Source of the DNA: Chrysomallon squamiferum
Lineage: Eukaryota; Animalia; Mollusca
Length of the DNA: 64,000 nt
Assembly: GCA_012295275.1 (NCBI GenBank)
Contig: CM022676.1
Span: 11,842,001 to 11,906,000, forward strand
Reading direction: 5' to 3'
The notes below the pieces were generated by a model. The model did no database searches. It saw only the letters and a program-made list of their open reading frames with translations, and had not been told where the DNA came from. Shown one piece after another: positions 49,800-64,000 of the stretch; within the stretch, counting starts at the first letter, position 1, and each line of letters begins with the position of its first letter. The position numbers were made by a program, and so were the translations under genes.

Positions 49800-50570
49800 G
49801 TGTGTTACATGAGGTGAATGAGAACACTAGCAGTAACAGCGACAGCAACGGCGACAATAAAAAAGATATTAAGTATCTTCTGCTACAATAAATAAAAGCC
49901 AAGAAGTAACCTGAGCAGAAGGTTATTCACTGTGGCTGAGTCTAACAGCTTTGTCAGTCAAACTCAACGTTTAACGCTGACGTTTAACCACAGACTGTAC
50001 GAGTTAGATTATCTACATTTTACTTACGCAAACACTAACCGTGGATAAAGGTAGGTTTTAGTTCCACGTTTTGTCGGTGTAAGAGCTCACGGAACGGTGT
50101 AAACAACAGCGCTGTCGTGTCATTGTGAAGTGGAACTAACAGTCTATCATCGTCTGAACGCGTTTGATGTGCTGTGATTACTTTTACTGTTACAAATCAA
50201 AATTCTTAGATTGGCGTTTACTATTGCTACATCCTCCTGCTGCAACTACTACTACTACTCTCACTATTACTTTTACCATTGTTATTACTACTACGTCTAC
50301 TACTCAACAACTATTACTACTAATGCAATTACTGCTACAACAACAACAACTACTACCACTACATCTACTAGTACTACTGCTATTTCTGCTATAACAGCAA
50401 CTACTTCTAGTGCTGCTACTGCTACTAGTATTACTACTACTACTACTACTAGTATTACTACTACTACTACTATTACTACTACTACTACTATAACAGCTAC
50501 AGGTACGTCTATTATTGGATTACACATTTATTTATATAAGTGCTTTTTATATATCAGAGTAAATCAGTGC

Positions 50571-50612
<42 letters not shown>

Positions 50613-50926
50613 ATATAAAAAATATTAATAGTTTGCATATTTGACTCAGCCAGCCGCAGATGATTTGATCTTGAGCTGCTAGCATTGCTCACTGTTCGCT
50701 TCCCTCTACTTTTTAATCACGCCCACGTTTGAACAAAACTTGATATTCTCCGCCAGACGTGTATATCTGTTTCACCTGCCTGCTGAGAGAAATCACTTAC
50801 CTGTCTGTTTACATGGATCCTACCAAATAAATAAACAAAAACAAAATTCAGTAAATAAATCAGCTCACTAAGTATAACAACAACGACAACCGCTATTATA
50901 ATTATTATTATAGCAACTATTATAAT

Positions 50927-50975
<49 letters not shown>

Positions 50976-51379
50976 GCTACTACTACTACTACTACCACTG
51001 TTGCAATTGTTAGTATTGCTACTGCTACTATTACAAAACAACAACACTGCTAGCAGTATTAATACTACAACTGTCAACTATTAATATCGTCTGCTATTAC
51101 TAACATATTATTTTGGAGAGATTCTCTCTCTCTGTGATACACGCACATACACGCACGCATAACCACAGAAACGCGCACATAAAGACATGCATGCACATGC
51201 ACACTCACACACACACTCACACACAGACTCACACACACACGCACTCACACACACTCACACACACACACGCACACACACACGCACGCACACACACTGAACC
51301 TCGCTGGCGGTGCGAAGTTCACAAAGACTTCATTCACGGAGGAGTCAGTTTCATAAACTGCTAAATTTATCTGCAAACA

Positions 51380-51850
51380 AACTTTAATTTGACCTCGTTT
51401 CCGTATTGAACGAGAAAACCGCCCCCGGGTCCACGTCTGCGCTGGTCGGAGCGGCGGGGAAGTGAGCGAGCGAGCGAGCGAGCGCGCGCACTGTCCACGT
51501 TTTGTTTGTACTCGGATCGAATCTCAGCACGTCAGGAATTTCTCGCGGAGGTCAGACGAGGTGAAACGCGGACAAAACGATTTATTGTCAAAACGTTCGC
51601 GCAGCATTCTCAATCGACCTCGCCGACTGTTCCTTCCTTAGTCAGGCATCCGCTGTTGCTAAGCAACAGAGAGCTTTTCCCCATCAATTATATAAGAGCG
51701 CGCCGCCTTTCTGAGACCGGCGAGCAAAGTTTAACACCGCCTGCACGTCACTACGTCTTCGTGTCTGGTTTAACCACAACGTCTGCCACCACCATCACAG
51801 TTAACTACCACGACAGCTGCCCACAACCACTGCTGCGGCCACTACAACAA
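51380..51850. promoter_or_regulatory. CpG-rich island-like region, candidate distal PAPSS promoter
   Basis: Local CpG/GC enrichment with (GAGC)n and GC boxes upstream of candidate PAPSS 5' exons. No transcript evidence. Confidence 0.4.
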
Positions 51851-52799
51851 CTACTATAACTATCACTACAAAATAAAAAAAAAAAAAAAAAAAATTCTAC
51901 TCTCCTATTACTCCCGCTGGTACTGTCACTATTACCAGTTAATAGCAATACCTCTACAACTATTACAATTGCGACTGCTACCACTTTTACAGCAGTATTA
52001 CTACTACTACACTTCTGCTATCACTCGTTACTACTACTACTACTGTTACTACAACTGTTGCTACGGCGACTTACAGTGCGCTTGCACTGGAATCTCGCAC
52101 AAGTCGCGGCCTGTACCGGAGTGCAGAATGTCAGCTGTCACGTGACACTTGCCTGCGACGGAAAATGGCTGACACAGATTTATGTGATCTTCTCAATCTT
52201 TGTGACCCTCGTGCGTTGTTTTCGACATTCACTGTCTGATATCTGTGTGTGTGTTTTATGTGCCTGTGTATGCATATATTATTATGTGAGCGAATGTTAT
52301 CCATTCATCCATCCATCCATCCATCCATTCATCCATCCATCCATCCATCCATCCATCCATCCATCTATATCTATATCTATATCTATCTATCTATCTATAT
52401 ATATATATATATATATATATGCGGGTATATGAGTGTGTGTGTATATATAAATGTATGTAAGTATATATGTAATATATGTATATGTGTGTGTTTTGTCTGC
52501 AGAAAAAACTAAAAAAAACCTTTTAATTTTTTTTTTCCACACCCTTATCTGAAGTTCAAAACTGAAAGAAAACACTTAAAATGTGCATAAATAAAAACGT
52601 TAAACTGTTTAAATTGGTGTTGTCACGTGTTAAGTACTGGGATCTCAATACGAGATACAAATCTGAAATGTCGAGTTTGCTTGGTATTCGAGGTAAGTTA
52701 CCCTTTTCGTTTTGTTCTCTGTACAATTATAGAAGTATACACATTTATTTGCATAATTATAGAAATATATACATTCTCTGTATACTTATAGAACTATAA

Positions 52800-53690
52800 T
52801 TATTTAACTTTCTTTCTCTAAGTTTATTTAACTATATCTCTATTTCTCTAAATCTCTCTATTTAACTATCTCTCTTTCTCTAAATCTCTATTTAACTATC
52901 TCTCTTTCTCTATATCTTTCTATTTAACTATCTCTCTTTCTCTAAATCTCTATTTAACTATCTCTCTTTCTCTAAATCTTTCTATTTAACTATCTCTCTC
53001 TTTCTCTAAGTCTCTCTATTTAACTGTCTCTCTATTTAACTGTCTCTCTTTCTCTAAATCTCTATTTAACTGTCTCTCTATTTGACTATCTCTCTCTTTT
53101 TCTGTGTCTCTCTATTTAACTATCTCTCTTTCTCTAAATCTCTATTTAACTATCTCTCTCTTTCTCTAAATCTCTCTATTTAACTATCTCTCTCTTTCTC
53201 TAAATCTCTCTATTTAACTATCTCTCTCTTTCTCTAAATCTCTCTATTTAACTATCTCTCTCTTTCTCTAAATCTCTCTATTTAACTATCTCTCTCTTTC
53301 TCTAAATCTCTCTATTTAACTATCTCTCTTTCTCTCTAAATCTCTCTATTTAACTATCTCTCTCTTTCTCTAAATCTCTCTATTTAACTATCTCTCTCTT
53401 TCTCTAAATCTCTCTATTTAACTATCTCTCTCTTTCTCTAAATCTCTCTATTTAACTATCTCTCTTTCTCTAAATCTCTCTATTTAACTGTCTCTCTTTC
53501 TCTAAATCTCTCTATTTAACTGTCTCTCTCTTTCTCTAAATCTCTCTATTTAACTGTGTCTCTCTTTCTCTAAATCTCTCTATTTAACTGTCTCTCTATT
53601 TAACTGTGTCTCTCTTTCTCTAAGTCTCTCTATTTGACTATCTCTCTTTTTCTGTGTCTCTCTATTTAACTGTCTCTCTCTTTTTCTATG
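52800..53690. repeat. Pyrimidine-rich minisatellite, ~32-34-bp unit (tctctatttaactatctctctctttctctaaa)
   Basis: Array of about 0.9 kb, visible directly. Confidence 0.92.
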
Positions 53691-54209
53691 TCCCTCTATT
53701 TAGCTAGCTCTCTTTCTCTGTCTCTCTATTTAACCATCTCTCTTTCTCTGTATTTCACTCTCTATCTTCCTTTCAGTGTCTCTGTATTTCTGTCTCTCTC
53801 TGTCCGTGTCTCTCTATTGTCTCATGGTGGTAACAATTTTCTTACATTTAAACAAAGACATCAGCTATTTCCTATTTACAAGTGTCTGTCTTTAACTGAC
53901 CATATTAAAGATAAACCCGCCATCTTTTCTTTTTCTTTTTCTATTTTCTTTTTCTTTTTTGTGTTACACACACACATCCAAGAAATAATATTGTAAGATA
54001 ATATTCCAGTACACTCAATATTTGTCCTGGGACGGAATATTTGAATTTAAAAGCAACATTTTACTTGAAAAAGACACCCGTTTCAATACCCCGTATAACA
54101 AAAGCAACAACCAGGAAGATGTAACCAGATATTTCTACTAAACCGAGTTCAGGTCATCTGAACAAATGAAGTCCACGACGATAAAACAGAAAGGAACAAA
54201 AAAAAAAAT

Positions 54210-54400
54210 ATCGTATGACAAGCCTAGTAGCAGAAAGGACACACAAACATAAAATCGTAGCAGAAATCACAAAAAAACAACATAGTATAACAAGCCTAGT
54301 AGCAGAAAGGACGAATAAAAAAAATAAAAATCGTAGGACAAGCGTGGTAGCAGAAATCACAAGAAAAACAACATAGTATAAGTCCAGTAGCAGAAATCCC
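54210..54400. repeat. Degenerate tandem repeat with core tagtagcagaaa, ~5 copies
   Basis: Visible directly. Confidence 0.7.
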
Positions 54401-54950
54401 ACGCGAAGTTTTCAGCGGGATAACCACGAGATAACAGAACGTTTTAAAACTCTGCGTTCGTGACGTCAGAGATAAGAGATTTTCCGTTCGGCGGAAGGTT
54501 ACGAGTGACCTTGCAGGCCAGCGAGTCGGAGCCGAAACGTTGCGCGCAGGTTTAAAGCGCTGAAGGAAAAATGGTAACGGAGATTCTGTCTCGCGTCTCT
54601 CTCTGCGCTAACCGCTTCCTGCCTCCATGTAGGACGTAGCTGCTGCTGCTGTTGGATTCACTGTGTCCACGCGCGTTATGACGTCTGCCCGACACAAGCA
54701 CACAACAGGTAACGAAACATTTTAACTTTAGTAGTCTTCAGCTCGATGTCTTCTTCACTTGTTGAGTCAGTCAGTCAGTTGAACGAGCGAGCGAGCGAGT
54801 GAGGATGGGGGGGGGCGGAAGTGGGGAGGAGGGGGAGTTAGTCTTTCTGAGAATGTTCCAGTATTGATCGTGAACGTACGTGTGTTGTTGTCGGGCGAAG
54901 CTGCAGTTGTGATGTTGTGACCGCCGTCGTGGTTTTGTAGCTTTCATTTC
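54400..54950 (+). promoter_or_regulatory. CpG-rich region with candidate non-coding first exon of the GT14 gene (donor CAG|GTAACG at ~54709)
   Basis: CpG enrichment, TGACGTCA at 54461, (GAGC)n, a G-rich tract with GGCGGAAGT (ETS/Sp1-like), and a plausible donor. The next strong acceptor before the CDS is at 60048. Confidence 0.45.
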
Positions 54951-55040
54951 GTAAAATGTTTCTTTAATCTGCGTTCATTGTTCTCGTGTCCAGTTCTTTT
55001 TACCGTCTGCCCGTCCGTCTCTCTCTCTCTCTCTCTCTAT

Positions 55041-55076
<36 letters not shown>

Positions 55077-55349
55077 CCACTCCCTTTCTCATGCTTTTCT
55101 TCTCAAATTCACAAACTCTGACACATCCATATGCAACTGAATAATAATCTAGATTTAATTCAATGTTATGCAATCATAACGTACGTAAAAAAGAGAGACA
55201 CACACTCCTCTTCTAGAATTATGCTAATATCTGTAATCAAGTGTGTAAGTCAAACGAGGGTGATTCAGAATCAACACTTCACTTTACAAGTTCACACAGA
55301 CATACAAACTAAACATACATACAACATAAATATAATCTCGCTCTCTGTC

Positions 55350-55418
<69 letters not shown>

Positions 55419-56431
55419 ATATGTATATAATTTTGTGTTAAAAATATAGGAAATTATAAATATTTATATTGTGTATTTTTATAGTTTGTTTCACCACAAA
55501 TTTTACTTTTGTTGTCATCATTGCTATCATTGCTGCTGTTAATGTTGTTGTTTATATTATTGCTGTTATTAATGATATTAATGTAATTATTTTATAACTA
55601 TATATATATATATATATGTATGTATTTAATATACAGGCAAACACACACACATACACATACATATACACAAACACATACACACATAGACAGAGGTATTATA
55701 CAGTATTAATAATAATAATAATAATAAATATAATAATAAATATAATAATAATAATAATAATAAATATAATAATAAATATAATAATAATAATGATAATGAT
55801 AATAATAATAAATATAATAATAATAATGATAATGATAATAATTATAATAAAAATGATGATGATAATAATAATAAATATAAAAATAATGGAATGATTACAG
55901 TAATAATAATTACACACATATAACACATAATCTACACACAACACAGATAAACACACGCAAGTAGACGCTGATCGGTTAAAATGATTAGAAGAGAAAAAAA
56001 CAAAAAAAAGGAAGAAAAATATTTTATTTCATGAAACATTCATAACATTTTTTCAATATCAGCTTACAATATGTCACGGACTTTTCTAGTCTTCACAAAG
56101 ATAAAAAAAAAAAAAAAAAAAAAAAACAACAACAACAACAACAAGAAAAAGGAAAAAAAATAAAAAATAAAATAAAGTAAAAAAAAAAAGAGGAATTCTT
56201 GGTTTAACTAATATTTTGAAAAGAATTTGCAACACGCTACGACAACAACAATAAAAACACGACAGTCATTAATTACACTATCAACATCACCATCAGCAAA
56301 ATGCAGCAATGACATTTATTTCATTCTATTTGTTTTTGTTACATTTTCTTGTTGATTTTAACTCTCTCTGAATATCTGATGTTTTTCTCTCTGTCTGTCT
56401 CTCTACATAGCTGTGACTCATAAATTATAAC

Positions 56432-56482
<51 letters not shown>

Positions 56483-56882
56483 CAAGACATAAATAAAAAC
56501 AAAACATAAAAAAAAACAAAGAAGGCGTATCTAACGAATCAATCTATATGTACATATGTGTGTGTGTGTGTGTGTGTGTGTTTATTTATGAATTGTATTT
56601 TACGTCTGTTGGTAAAACGAGTCGGTGACCTCTGACCTCTCCACGTTCGAGTTGTGAAATGTTATAAAACACTTGACAGATTTTTCTGCTGAGGCATTCT
56701 GTGTCTGCTTCCAGCCTCGCAGTCAGATGAGGCTGCTACAAGATACAAAAATCAATACCGCTGTCGTCTGCTCGCTCCCTGCAGACGTAAATTTTGCATA
56801 ACTTGATGAAATGGGATGTTGTTGTAGTCCACCTCATTGTCCGACACGTCATCGTTACTGGAATCAAACCTGGCTACTAATC

Positions 56883-56980
<98 letters not shown>

Positions 56981-57240
56981 TTCTTTTTTCTTCATATATC
57001 CTAATGAAATGGAATGGAGTTGTTGCTGTTGCTGTTATTGTTATTGTTATTGTTATTATTATTTATTATTATTATTACATTATTATTATTATTATTTTAT
57101 TATTATTACATTATGATTATAATTATGATTATTTGTTATTATGATTATTTATTATTATGATTATAATTATTTATTATTATTATTACATTATGATTATGAT
57201 TATGATTATTATTATTATTACATTATGATTATAATTATGA

Positions 57241-57280
<40 letters not shown>

Positions 57281-58047
57281 GATTATGATAATCGTACGAT
57301 TTATTTTTATTACATTATGATTATAATTATGATTATGATTATTTACTATTATTATTATATTATGATTATAATTATTTATTATTATTATTATTATTACATT
57401 ATGATTATTTATTATTATTATTATTTTTATTACATTATGATTATAATTATGATTATGATTATTATTATTATTATACAAAAGCATCGGGTTTCCTCTCTAA
57501 CTTTTCATCGTTACAAAAACACTGCCTTTAGTTTTAATATTACGCCGTATCAAGTTGAAGTAATGAAAGTATTTATGTTTCAAGCACTGAGGAAAATCGC
57601 AGACAAACAAACAAAACCAAGCTGTAGTTAGCTCCGGATAACAGTTTCCTATTTCGTCTTGTCCGGAAAAGACGAAACAGATGTGGTGTTTAGAGACGAG
57701 TGTACTGAAGTAGGAAACAAACACCCATGTGAAAGACGAGAAGCATTTTCTTGTTGTTAGGTCATTTGAAACACACATCGAGACTTGTCCTAGTTGCTAG
57801 TTTTAGGAGATATTTTCTTTCACGTCATCATTTAAAGATGGAAGACACTGAGATTGCGTCACTGTTTGCTTTGTGATTTAATTCTGTGGTTATCATCAGT
57901 TCTAACCTTCTTCTGTTACGTGATGTTATACAGACAGACACACACCTGTACACACATACACACATACAAACAGACACACAGACACCAGATTCTGTTATAC
58001 CGAAAAATTCTGCAGATTACACATGCAACTGTCAGCATTCTTTTTGA

Positions 58048-58089
<42 letters not shown>

Positions 58090-58714
58090 CAAACATGCAC
58101 ACACACGCACATATAAGAACAATAACAATACACCACACACAGAGATTCACACACGTAGACAGAGAGAGAGATAGGAATACAAAGGATTAAAACAAATAAT
58201 AAAAAAAATAAATAAATAAAAAGGTTACTCAGCTTTGGATATTCAGTTACTTATAATACTAGATTACTACTTGATAAACAAAATGTATTGAAACGTTTGA
58301 AAACCAAAATAATTGACGGGGTTTCTAAATAATGGACGTATTGGTTGGTGCTTCACATTTTAATCTGATAAACTCCAGTAATTTGATGCAGAACCAGTCT
58401 CAGGAGAATCTTTACTATGAAATGTGAAGAACGGATTTATTGATTTAGCAGAAACACGTACAGACACACACACACACACAAACGCATCTGTTTTGGTTTT
58501 TATAAAGACTTACTGCTGTTGTTACCATTACTATCGATGCTGCTGTTCTTATTACTATTGTTGTTATCATCATCATCATCATTGTGGTCATCATCATAAT
58601 TAATTTTAAGTATTTTAAACATATATATATGAATGTGTGTATATATGAATATATGACTGACTATTCCAGTTCATTATTTGCGACGCTCGGAAACTTTCAT
58701 AGAGCGAATGTTTG

Positions 58715-59105
58715 CTTCAACAATATTACAATTAACAATATTACAATTAACAATATTACAGTAAACAATATTACAGTAAACAATATTACAATTAACAATA
58801 TTATAATTAACAATATTATAATTAACAATATTATAATTAACAATATTACAATTAACAATATTACAGTAAACAATATTACAGTAAACAATATTACAATTAA
58901 CAATATTATAATTAACAATATTATAATTAACAATATTATAATTAACAATATTACAATTAACAATATTTTAACAATATTATAATTAACAATATTACAATTA
59001 ACAATATTTTAACAATATTATAATTAACAATATTACAATTAACAATATTTTAACAATATTATAATTAACAATATTACAGTAAACAATATTTTAACAATAT
59101 TAAAA
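58715..59105. repeat. 15-bp tandem repeat (aacaatattacaatt and variants)
   Basis: Visible directly; source of the spurious NNITI ORF. Confidence 0.92.
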
Positions 59106-60100
59106 ATTACAGCCTCTGGTGTTGCTGCATATTTGTCGTCGTCACGTGATTTCAGGACGTCTGTCAACGCCTGAACGTTGTTGTGGTAAGTGACAAGATA
59201 GTGTACAACGTCGTGTCAAAACAGAACCACAGTGTCTGGGTGAGCACTCGAGTCAGCTGTGTTATCATCATCAACACCATCTTCATTTGTGTTCTGCTAG
59301 CGTCTGTTATTGTCATAATTACTGTTAATTATTACTATTATTATTATTGTTATTATTGCTGTTGTTTTTATTATTATTATTATTATTACTATTATTATAA
59401 TTGTTATTATTGCTGTTTTATTATTATTATTATTATTACTATTATTATTATTGTTATTACTATTATTATTATTGCTATTATAGTTGTTTTTATTATTATT
59501 ATTATTACTATTATTATTATTGTTGTTATTATTATTATTATTGCTATTATTGTTGTTTTTATTATTATTATTATTATCATTATTATTATTATTATTATTC
59601 CCTATTCCTATTATTATTATTATTGTTGTTTTTAATTATTATTATTATTACTATTATTATTGTTATTACTGTTTTTATTATTAATAATATTATTATTAGT
59701 AGTATTGAGGTCGTTGATGTTGTTATTGCTATTGCTGCTTTTGTAGCTTTCATAATCATAATAATTATTTTTATCACTATTAATATTACTGTTGTTTTTG
59801 TCTACTACTACTACTACTACTACTACTTTTACTACTACAGCTACTACTGCTGCTGCTACCACTATCACAACCAATGCTGCTATTACTACTACTACTGTTG
59901 ATTATCATTATTGTTGTTGTAGTTGTTGTAATAGCTGTTATTTATTTGTTGCTGGAGTTCATTTTGGTATCATTACTGTTGTTCTATAGTGTTACTGTTT
60001 CTGAGAAACGACGTCATCACTAACCGTATCGATGTGGTTATTTTCCAGATGACGTGAACTGGACAGACATTTTCTGAACGGATGGAAGCCGCTAATCAAA

Positions 60101-61029
60101 ATGGTTTGTTTTCCTGGATTGAAAAAGGTCATGTCATTGAGATATATTCTCTTTTGCATAATAATTGCTACTCTTGTGACCATGGCAATACTGAGCCAGG
60201 CTGTGATAGGACCAGGTACAGTGACGTCACTAGCGTCTTGTTCCTTAGAACGACTCAGACGATTTAAGTTCCTCGTGAGTGACATTTTGTATAGCAACCA
60301 CACATTCCGATTATTAGGCCGCTACGCGGATTACAACGATACTACGTCATTCAGCAGTGACGTAGTTGAAGTGAACCTCGACCGGTCGTCGTCAAGGAAG
60401 CTGAAGGAGAGTTTCCTGCTGGAGAAGAGGAGAGAATACCCCTACGAGGAGGTGAAAGTACGGCGCGTCGACTGCAAAGCTTTGTTCGACGGAAATCACA
60501 GGGAACAGAACAAAACCAGAGAAATAATGAACGTATACAAACGACCCCCGATACCCCCAGACCTGTACGTCATACAGACGCTGAACTGTGATATTTTCAA
60601 ACTGAAGCGAGGCTACGTGACGTCACCACTGACGAAAGAAGAGGAGGAATTCCCGATTGCTTACAGCATCCTCATGTTCAAGGACGTCGAGCAGACAGAG
60701 CGACTTCTGCGCGCCATCTACCGGCCGCAGAACGTCTACTGCATCCACGTCGACAGGAAGTCGCGCGATGACGTCAGGAAGGCTATGACGTCAATTGCCG
60801 GGTGTTTCGACAACGTGTTCATGTCGTCACGCTCCGTTGACGTCGTGTGGGGCGCGTTCTCTGTGCTGGAACCCGAGCTGATCTGCATGAAAGATTTGTG
60901 GAAGCGGAAGAAGTGGAAATACTTCATCAACCTGACGGGACAGGAGTTCCCGCTCAAAACCAACCGCGAACTCGTCGACATTCTCACAGCCTACGACGGC
61001 GCAAACGACATGGAGGCCACTGTGAAGAG
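60101..61029 (+). CDS. Beta-1,6-N-acetylglucosaminyltransferase (core-2/I-branching enzyme, GCNT family, GT14), first coding exon; the gene continues beyond the window
   Basis: Acceptor ttttccag at 60048. N-terminal signal anchor (YILFCIIIATLVTMAIL). Hallmark motifs EEEEFPIAYSI, RLLRAIYRPQNVYCIHVDRKS, CFDNVF, WKYFINLTGQEFPLKTNRELV. Donor AG|GTAACT after 61029. No further exon recognised before 64000. Confidence 0.93.
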
Positions 61030-62549
61030 GTAACTGAATTTATAATTAAACACTACAGAACAGACAAACCATTATAATGATAAACAACAACAACAACAAC
61101 AACTACAACAAGCAGAAACAACATCAAACAAACACATCCTAATTAATAAAGTCAAAAGGACATTTTTTTATTTAAAAAAGATAAAAATAAAAATAAAAAT
61201 AAAAATAAAAAAAATAAAATAAATAAATATAAATAAATATAAAAATAAAAAATAAAATAAAAAAATAAATAAATAAATAAATAAATATAAAATTAAAAAA
61301 TAAATAAATAAATACTAAAACAGAATTTCTCATTTCGAAAAAAAAAAAACAAAAAAAAAACAAACCATGAAATAGTGCAGTTAGAGAATCTTTGAATGTA
61401 AACACATTTAGAATAAAGTCGAATTAAGTAAAATAAAAACCTGTCTTGATTTTGTCAAAGAGTATAAAACATAAACAACACACTGTGGTGTATAAACATT
61501 TCTAAAATATGCTACTGTGATAACGTTAAGTCAGGATATTTATGAACACAGACAAGACAGTGAAATTTAAACTGCATTCATATTTCATGAGATATTAAAA
61601 TGAAGATCAGATTTCTTACTGTTATTGCTTAGTGAGTCAACATCGGAGATAATAATGGAAGTTTATAATTATTTAATTTCTTTTTTTTTTTTTTTATATT
61701 TTTTATAACCTTTTCTGTAAAAATCTCGTTTAAGTTGGTGTCGTTTTGTCTATTTTTTCTAAATGTAAATCTATTTTGTTTATTTTCTGACTGGTTAATA
61801 AAAAAATAAAATAAAATAAAAAATAAAAAAAAAAAAAAAAATAAAAATAAATAAATAAATAAATGAATAATAATAATAATCATATTCCGACGACTGACTT
61901 ACTTTTATCTATAAAATATTTTCACTTTTCTTTTTGTATTTTTTATCTTTTTGCCTACACTGACCTAGTTTTTGAAAATCTGCGGTTTTTACTTAATCAA
62001 ACACTTGAGTCTCACTTACAGAATGCTATTGTGTTCTGTTGACCTGTGCTTGCCCGACACTCTGTTTGGTTAATAAACCGGGTTTCTGTTATCAGATATC
62101 AAAGATAGGTAGTTTCAAAAATTAGGTTAGAGTTCACTGATAACTTAGCGATGTTCTTGTTGTCAGCTATTAGTTTTCCGACAATAGGTCGGTTCGGTTA
62201 CAGATACAGTGAAGCTACGTTTTACTGTTTGATTTTTAACAGTGTTTTTTCGTCACTGTGAAGTTTGGTAATAATCAAAACAAGACGAATATTTCTCAAG
62301 TCGGAAACACATCATTTTTTACCACCTTCTGGTCCTGAATTTTGCTTTATTTTTCTGTCAGCCTTTTTTTTCGTGTACGATGTAGTCCAGATAAGCGGTG
62401 GGCCTACATTTGTGTGGCTCTCAAGTTCAAACTGTTGTGGGGCCTTCTGGAAACCACTGTTAGCTTCCTCAGTTGGCTTGTACCCACGACCCATGACCTA
62501 CAAATATTTCAAAATCAGTTCTTGAATTACCTCCCCTGAATCTTTAGCT

Positions 62550-63569
62550 CAGGGGTCATCAACGTTTTGGAGAGAGGAGCAGACAACTGTGCAGTGCCTT
62601 GGAGGAGGCCAAAATATCAGTTGCATCATATCGTGACAGTGACTAGTCTGAGTTGTTTTAATACCTGAAATCTGGCTCGTCCCGTTTAAAGGTAGCAGAC
62701 TATAACAGCGTCACGTGTTAATGATCTGAGACAGCTTAACCTACTAAATGACTAGTCTGTATCCACTAGAGAATAATAACGCAAACAAGAATTCGATACG
62801 GATAATTTTTTTATAGATTTATTTCACATAAATTAACCACCAATGGTGACGTATAATTTAATGTTTGTTACATAGTTTTCAAGCGTAAGAATAACACAAT
62901 AAAATATCCAACAGTAACAGATTTAGTTATTTTCAATCAATCAGCATATGTGTTACATACAAAACCCCCACATTTAAATCATAATTACCATTGCCTGGGT
63001 GGCCCTTTGTCTTGGGCAGACGGAATTCAGACAACGTGTCGCTAGCAGGCGCATCGATCAAAAGATCTCGTTTAAAACGCTCGTCGAATATTATAGACAT
63101 CGCGCGGACGTCAGTAAACGCGACTGCAGACAGCCTTTCTGAATTTACTTTGCAACTTAAATGCCAGTTTTGAGTTTTGTTAATCCCAGTGTTTCTTAGT
63201 TTATAAAATAAAAGAACTTCCCCTGATTACATAATACAGTTTCCAAACAGCCCATGGACGTCTACATACACTCTGATATTTAATTGTTGTGTAACACCAT
63301 AATCCGACATTAATTAACTAAACACCGAAGAACTGTAAAAATATTAATTTATAAACATCATTATACACTACAGCTTAATATAAGAACTGCAATATGATAA
63401 TACGCTTAATATAAAACGTAGCAGTCATTCTGCTTTAAATGGTCATATAAAAATAAGCGTTTTACGAATATTATGTAACTCACGAGAGAGAAAACTAAAT
63501 TATTTTTGAAAACAAGTCTGGCAAAGAGGCACTAATGAGGTTCCGTTACACACACACACACAGACAAAC

Positions 63570-63651
<82 letters not shown>

Positions 63652-63800
63652 ATCTTCAATACCGAACACTAGGAAGCAACGATTCTTTAGTCTGCACATT
63701 TAAAAGAAAAAACAACGAAGTTAATGTAATAACTGGCGTCCACGTGTTCAGTTGGCGGGGGCCGGGCTACAATTGCTCGCGGGCCGAGATGTTTTCGAAC
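62550..63800. mobile_element. Possible degenerate hAT (Charlie-like) DNA transposon remnant
   Basis: Begins CAGGGGTCATCAAC at ~62550, a hAT-like terminus, and has gcgggccg motifs at 63755-63787. No matching second terminal repeat was found. Confidence 0.25.
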
Positions 63801-64000
63801 TCTGCTTCAGCTTCACTAGTTTCTAAACACACCCACTCCTGCGCCCCAATAACACGAGTTGTCTTCTCCTGGCTCTCATAACGATTGTAGTAAATAGATG
63901 TACTCATCTTCTGTTGATTTTGTAAATACTTGTTCTGTCTCCGGCTATTAAGACAGGCGAAGGTCATTATCACTGCTCGGCTGTCTATAAATAGCCTGAG

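Noticed and set aside
51506-51859. 117-aa plus-strand ORF in the CpG-rich region
   Set aside because: Non-ATG start and no domain; openness is explained by high local GC.
58584-58982. 132-aa ORF with NNITI repeats
   Set aside because: Product of a 15-bp minisatellite, with no supporting exon context.
63767-63973. 68-aa minus-strand ORF at the window end
   Set aside because: No recognisable domain and wrong strand for the GT14 continuation; at most a transposon remnant.

Overview
AT-rich, microsatellite-dense eukaryotic genomic DNA with GT-AG introns; it looks molluscan, possibly gastropod (inference only). I reconstructed five protein-coding loci by hand and checked intron phases. (1) A tandemly duplicated RING-finger/transmembrane E3-like gene on +: one complete copy at 3981-6402 and the 3' end of a paralog at 1-~2100. 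(2) AGGF1 on - (OCRE, FHA, G-patch), with an anomalous 1374-nt exon that needs two frame changes to read through. (3) A 1045-aa type II membrane FG-GAP/FAM234-like protein on +, with a large insert that resembles a prohormone precursor. (4) Bifunctional PAPS synthase (PAPSS) on -. (5) The first coding exon of a GT14 core-2/I-branching beta-1,6-GlcNAc transferase on +, head-to-head with PAPSS. The most unusual recurring pattern is tandem arrays that copy or abut splice sites, including a 25-bp hairpin covering a decoy 3' splice site of AGGF1. Most ORFs in the supplied track are microsatellite artefacts.
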